A DNA stretch of 64,000 nucleotides from Myxococcales bacterium (GTDB taxonomy: Bacteria > Myxococcota_A > Polyangia > Polyangiales > Polyangiaceae), in NCBI GenBank assembly GCA_043747615.1, contig JAYTOU010000046.1:52186-116185 (forward strand), in the 5' to 3' direction. Under the pieces are notes generated by a model. That model did not search any database. It saw only the letters and a list, made by a program, of their open reading frames with translations, and was not told the origin of the DNA. The translations under genes and the position numbers were made by a program. Below, in pieces: positions 60,701 through 64,000 of the stretch. Within the stretch, counting starts at the first letter, position 1; each line of letters opens with the position of its first letter.

Positions 60701-63213
60701 CGAGTGGGTCGGGAAAGTCGTCGCTCGCCTTCGACGTGGTCTTCGCCGAAGGGCAGCGCCGCTTCATGGAGACGCTCACGCCCTACGCACGCCAGTTCTT
60801 GCCGACCCTTCCCAGGCCCGACGTGGACCGGGTCACCGGCGTTCCGCCGTCCATCGCCCTCGAGCAACGCATCTCACGGGCGGGGTCCAACTCCACCGTG
60901 GCGACCGTCACCGAAGCGGCGCACTACCTCCGTCTTCTTTACGCGAAGGTCGGCGAGCTGCACTGCCCGAAGTGCGACGCCGTCGTGGCCCCCGCGCTTC
61001 CCGACGATCTGTTTGCGCAGCTGACGTCGAACGCGTTGCAGCCTGCGCGGCATGTCAACGCGGTGAAGCATACGGTGTATGCGCCGGCGGTCCGCGCCCG
61101 AAAAGGTACTTACCTCGATCTCTTCACCGCCGCCGCGCGCGTGGGAATCACCACGGCGCGGGTAGATGGAGCGATCCTGTCGATCGACCCCCCGCCGAAG
61201 CTCACCAAGGCGAAGGAGCACTCGATCGATCTCATCGTGCACTACGGGCCTCTCGCGTCATTTGATCGAAAGTCCTTTGACCGCGCGCTTGCCTGGGGCA
61301 GCGGCGCTCTTCGCATTGCCAGCGGCCCGCCCACGCCCACCCCGAGCGCAAAAGAGCAGATCTGGTCAACGGCGCGAGCGTGCACCGCATGCGGAACGGG
61401 CGTCCCGGAGCTCGACCCTCGGTGGTTCTCGTTCAACACCAAGCAGGGTCAGTGCGAATCGTGCGAGGGCTCCGGCGTTCAAGGCGGTCCAGAGGCGGTG
61501 CTCGAGGGTGTTCGCGAACGCTGCCGGTCCTGCGGAGGCACACGCTTGTCGAGCATACCGCGCCGGGTGCGACTCCAAGATGAGACCTACGCCGGGTTCA
61601 TCGGCAGGGACGTGGCAACGGCACTGGAGTTCGCGCGGGGATGGAAGTTCACGGGGCGCGATGCGCTGATCGCTGGCGCGCCGCACTCCGAGCTTCTCCG
61701 ACGCTTGTCGTTCATCGCCGACGTGGGTCTAGGCTACCTCGCGCTCGATCGTCCTGCGGCCACGCTCTCCGGCGGAGAGATGCAGCGTTTGCGCCTCAGC
61801 GCGCAGCTCGGGAGCGGTCTCACCGGCGCGCTCTACGTCCTCGACGAGCCGACCATCGGGCTCCATCCCCGAGACACCCTCGGGCTCCTCAAAAACTTGC
61901 GCGCGCTGGTCGACACCGGATCTACGGTGATCGTCGTTGAACACGACGCCGAGACCATCGCCTACGCCGATCACGTGATCGACCTTGGTCCGAGCGGGGG
62001 GCGCGGAGGCGGTCACATCGTCGCCGAGGGACCGGCGGAAATAGTCCTCGCCGATCCTCGCTCCCCCACGGCCCGCGCGCTCGCCGAGCCCCGTGTCGAC
62101 CGACCGAAAAGACCCACGTCGGATCGCTTCATCGAGCTCACCGGCGCACGCGAGCACAACTTGAAGGACGTGACGCTGCGCATTCCGCTCGGGAGAATGA
62201 CGGTCGTCGCTGGCGTGAGCGGCTCGGGGAAGAGCACCCTCGTGCGAAAAGTATTTTATCCGGCGCTTCGCCAGGCACTCGGCTTGGTGAGCGAGGAGCC
62301 TGGCGCGTACAAGTCGATCCGCGGCACTGACGGAGCGATCGGTTCCCGCAAAGGCCGTCCAACGCCAGGTGCCATTCGCCGCGCGCTCGCCGTCGATCAG
62401 TCACCCATCGGTAGGACGCCGCGCTCCGTCCCCGCCACGTTTCTCGGCGTGTGGGACGAGATACGTCGCCTCTTCGCCTCGCTCCCGGAATCGAAGACGC
62501 GGGGCTACACGCCCGCGCGATTCTCGTTCAACACTCCGCACGGTGGCCGCTGCGCAACGTGCGAAGGCCAGGGCGCCATCGTCGCCGAAATGGCTTTTTT
62601 ACCCGACGTAGTCTCTCCGTGCGAGGCCTGCGGAGGTGCGCGCTTCGAGCCGGCGACACTCGAGGTTCGTTACAAGGGAATGTCCATCGGCGACGTCCTT
62701 CATCTGTCGGCCGAAGACGCGGCGCACGCCTTCTCCACGCACCGCAGGATCGCTCGGCCGCTCGAGACGCTGCACGATCTCGGCGTCGGCTACGTTCAGC
62801 TCGGCCAAGGATCGAACACGCTTTCGGGCGGTGAAGCGCAGCGCCTCAAGCTCGCCGCGGAGCTCACGGCCGGGGCCGCCCACGAGCCGACCGTGTACGT
62901 GCTCGACGAGCCGACCACCGGTCTTCACCTGAGCGACGTGCGGCGTCTCGTATCGGTGCTCGACCGACTGGTGGAGCGCGGAGACACGCTGGTCATCATC
63001 GAGCACCATCCGGACGTGATCGCCTGCGCTGACTGGGTGGTGGAGCTCGGCCCCGAGGGCGGCCAGGCCGGAGGAAGAATCGTTTTCGAAGGGGAGCCGA
63101 AGCGTCTGTCGAAGGCGAAGACTCCTACGGGGAGATATTTTGCGCAGTCGGAGCGCGTAGGGCGCGCGCCCCCTCCGCCGAAGGTTGAAGTGGCGTATCC
63201 TCCGGGGCCATGA
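57715..63213 (+). CDS. uvrA: Excinuclease ABC subunit A, tandem-duplicated (four ABC domains)
   Basis: Two successive UvrA units: four HNLK/NNLD + GxSGSGKS motifs, four LSGGE signatures, multiple CxxC zinc modules. Confidence 0.95.
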   Translation: MLPVRLRGARTHNLKGIDLDFPPGQLVAITGPSGSGKSSLAIDTLYAEGQRRFVESFSPYARQFLERLERPPIDSLDPVAATVAVDRRAPIKSSRSTLATMADLEPYFAALFAREALPTCPECNVEAVSTTPREAAAKVIAKVASLKTGGRAIVSYPLSVPDAEAFLELRESMARDGYRRLLVGGTLRDIDEVRPSEATAPDIRLEVVLDRLTVGEREKGRLQQAIEVAWERGGGRAELRIESTDDLFDHTSRIPIVRGLVCPSCTRSFEPAKASLFSYNSPLGACEECRGFGRIISIDWDKVIPDPSRTLKQGAIKAWAGSSAEWERGILAKFAKRQKIPFDVAWEKLTAAQRSLVIEGEGTWEGGKYPGIRAWFKWLESRTYKMHVRVFLARYRQYVVCVSCHASRLNKTALAYKVGGHNLAEWHALTVSDAFANIERVSAKDPQGKRVRGELAARLGYLEAVGLGYLTLNRQARTLSGGEAQRAGLTTALGASLTGALFVLDEPTVGLHASDVPALASVMRKLASAGNTVLAIEHDGHVIRACDRVIELGPGAGSEGGNVLFSGTPQALAARTDLPTGRAWSASSMASTRTPKKATEFLRVRGARENNLDNVDVDIPLGVVCVVTGPSGSGKSTLVDEILYRTVARALGDMRVSRPGMHDGIEGTGALARASLVDQAPLGRTARGNAATYTKAWDRIRARYAAEPESGLRGLAASHFSFNVGGDSDRSGRCETCSGEGYETVEMQFLADVALLCAVCQGKRFKPEVLAVKHSGYSVAETLAMTVDEALLVFDPPVLGKTNSELRDPVLRRALEPVSRVGLGYLPLGQPLSMLSGGEAQRLKLARALTEHPDRTLFVIDEPSAGLHAEDTAQVIRALYTLVEQGASVVVVEHDLDVIRAADWVIDLGPGAGPNGGRVVAQGTPAVVAKSHSKTGMALRGELLISTPTATALSKATAALTSRAVDAVWVEHAREHNLKEISCKIPHGKLCVVTGPSGSGKSSLAFDVVFAEGQRRFMETLTPYARQFLPTLPRPDVDRVTGVPPSIALEQRISRAGSNSTVATVTEAAHYLRLLYAKVGELHCPKCDAVVAPALPDDLFAQLTSNALQPARHVNAVKHTVYAPAVRARKGTYLDLFTAAARVGITTARVDGAILSIDPPPKLTKAKEHSIDLIVHYGPLASFDRKSFDRALAWGSGALRIASGPPTPTPSAKEQIWSTARACTACGTGVPELDPRWFSFNTKQGQCESCEGSGVQGGPEAVLEGVRERCRSCGGTRLSSIPRRVRLQDETYAGFIGRDVATALEFARGWKFTGRDALIAGAPHSELLRRLSFIADVGLGYLALDRPAATLSGGEMQRLRLSAQLGSGLTGALYVLDEPTIGLHPRDTLGLLKNLRALVDTGSTVIVVEHDAETIAYADHVIDLGPSGGRGGGHIVAEGPAEIVLADPRSPTARALAEPRVDRPKRPTSDRFIELTGAREHNLKDVTLRIPLGRMTVVAGVSGSGKSTLVRKVFYPALRQALGLVSEEPGAYKSIRGTDGAIGSRKGRPTPGAIRRALAVDQSPIGRTPRSVPATFLGVWDEIRRLFASLPESKTRGYTPARFSFNTPHGGRCATCEGQGAIVAEMAFLPDVVSPCEACGGARFEPATLEVRYKGMSIGDVLHLSAEDAAHAFSTHRRIARPLETLHDLGVGYVQLGQGSNTLSGGEAQRLKLAAELTAGAAHEPTVYVLDEPTTGLHLSDVRRLVSVLDRLVERGDTLVIIEHHPDVIACADWVVELGPEGGQAGGRIVFEGEPKRLSKAKTPTGRYFAQSERVGRAPPPPKVEVAYPPGP

Positions 63214-64000
63214 CCAGTCTCATCGTTGACAACCCATTCACGGGCGAGCCCGCATGCACCGTCACCCTCGCCGATGACGCCGCGGTGTCGACCACCCTAG
63301 ACTGCGCCCGCGCTGCGTCGAAGGAGTTTCGCGCAAGCAGTCTCGCCGATCGGAGCGCACTCTGCGCGCGAGCCATCGAGGCAATGGAGGGCGCGGCCGA
63401 TAAGATCGCTCGGGAGATCACGGCGATGATGGGCAAGCCGCTCGGGCAAGCACGCGGCGAAATCAAGGGCATGGCCGAGCGCGCGCGCCACATGATTTCG
63501 ATCGCCGAGGCCTCCCTCGCCGACGTCGTTCTCCCTCCGAAACAAGGCTTCGAGCGGCGCATCGTCAAGGAGCCGCGCGGCGTGGTCCTCGATCTTCCGG
63601 CGTGGAACTATCCGCTCCTCACCGCAGTGAACACCGTGATCCCCGCGATCCTGGCGGGCAACACCGTCATCGTGAAGCACTCGCCACGGAGCCCACTCTG
63701 CGGAGCGCACTTCGCGAACGCTTTCCTTGCCGCGGGCGCACCGGCGGGGCTCGTGCAATCACTCGACTGCGATCATCCCACCAGCGAAAAAATCGTGGGC
63801 GACGCGCGCATCGACCACGTGGTCTTCACCGGATCCATCTTCGGCGGGCATCGCATCGCCCAGGCCGCGGCGCAGCGCTTCCTGCATCTCGGACTCGAGC
63901 TCGGCGGCAACGACCCAGCCTACGTCGCCGCGGACTGTGACTTTGCCAAGACCGTCGAGTCGATCGTCGATGGCGCGATGTACAACGCAGGTCAGAGCTG
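63210..64000 (+). CDS. Aldehyde dehydrogenase family protein (runs off the window end)
   Basis: ATG 63210 overlaps the uvrA TGA. Translated by hand: MTSLIVDNPFTGE.., PAWNYPL, FTGS, LELGGNDP, YNAGQS. Absent from the ORF track because there is no stop in the window. Confidence 0.92.
   Translation, partial: MTSLIVDNPFTGEPACTVTLADDAAVSTTLDCARAASKEFRASSLADRSALCARAIEAMEGAADKIAREITAMMGKPLGQARGEIKGMAERARHMISIAEASLADVVLPPKQGFERRIVKEPRGVVLDLPAWNYPLLTAVNTVIPAILAGNTVIVKHSPRSPLCGAHFANAFLAAGAPAGLVQSLDCDHPTSEKIVGDARIDHVVFTGSIFGGHRIAQAAAQRFLHLGLELGGNDPAYVAADCDFAKTVESIVDGAMYNAGQS

Overview
High-GC (about two-thirds G+C by eye), gene-dense bacterial chromosome segment, most likely from Myxococcota (Polyangia/Sorangiineae-like). 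The taxonomic clues are TPR/PEGA exported proteins, many Cys-rich lipoproteins, a Hanks-type Ser/Thr kinase, a myxosortase-like CPBP protease and an RpoH-family sigma factor. About 47 genes tile the window. Most are housekeeping: heterodimeric ABC exporter, rpoH-like sigma, rsmI, ABC-F, dnaJ, Rep/UvrD helicase, metB-like, proS, birA, nadC, tamA/tamB, prfC, a tandem-fused uvrA and an aldehyde dehydrogenase. I found no rRNA, tRNA, CRISPR array, prophage or IS element. The best candidates for undescribed biology are: (i) a kinase-tail / TPR-PEGA / lipoprotein cassette at the left edge; (ii) an NTT/MFS-HEAT transporter coupled to a tandem cNMP-fold protein with non-canonical binding pockets; (iii) an orphan T3SS/flagellar export ATPase behind dnaJ; (iv) a receptor kinase coupled to a myxosortase-like protease; (v) a degenerate methyltransferase-coiled-coil protein; (vi) a recurring -10-box-next-to-start-codon pattern suggesting leaderless mRNAs; and (vii) a doubly interrupted outer-membrane gene. 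None is proven novel; all functional calls rest on motif recognition without database searches.
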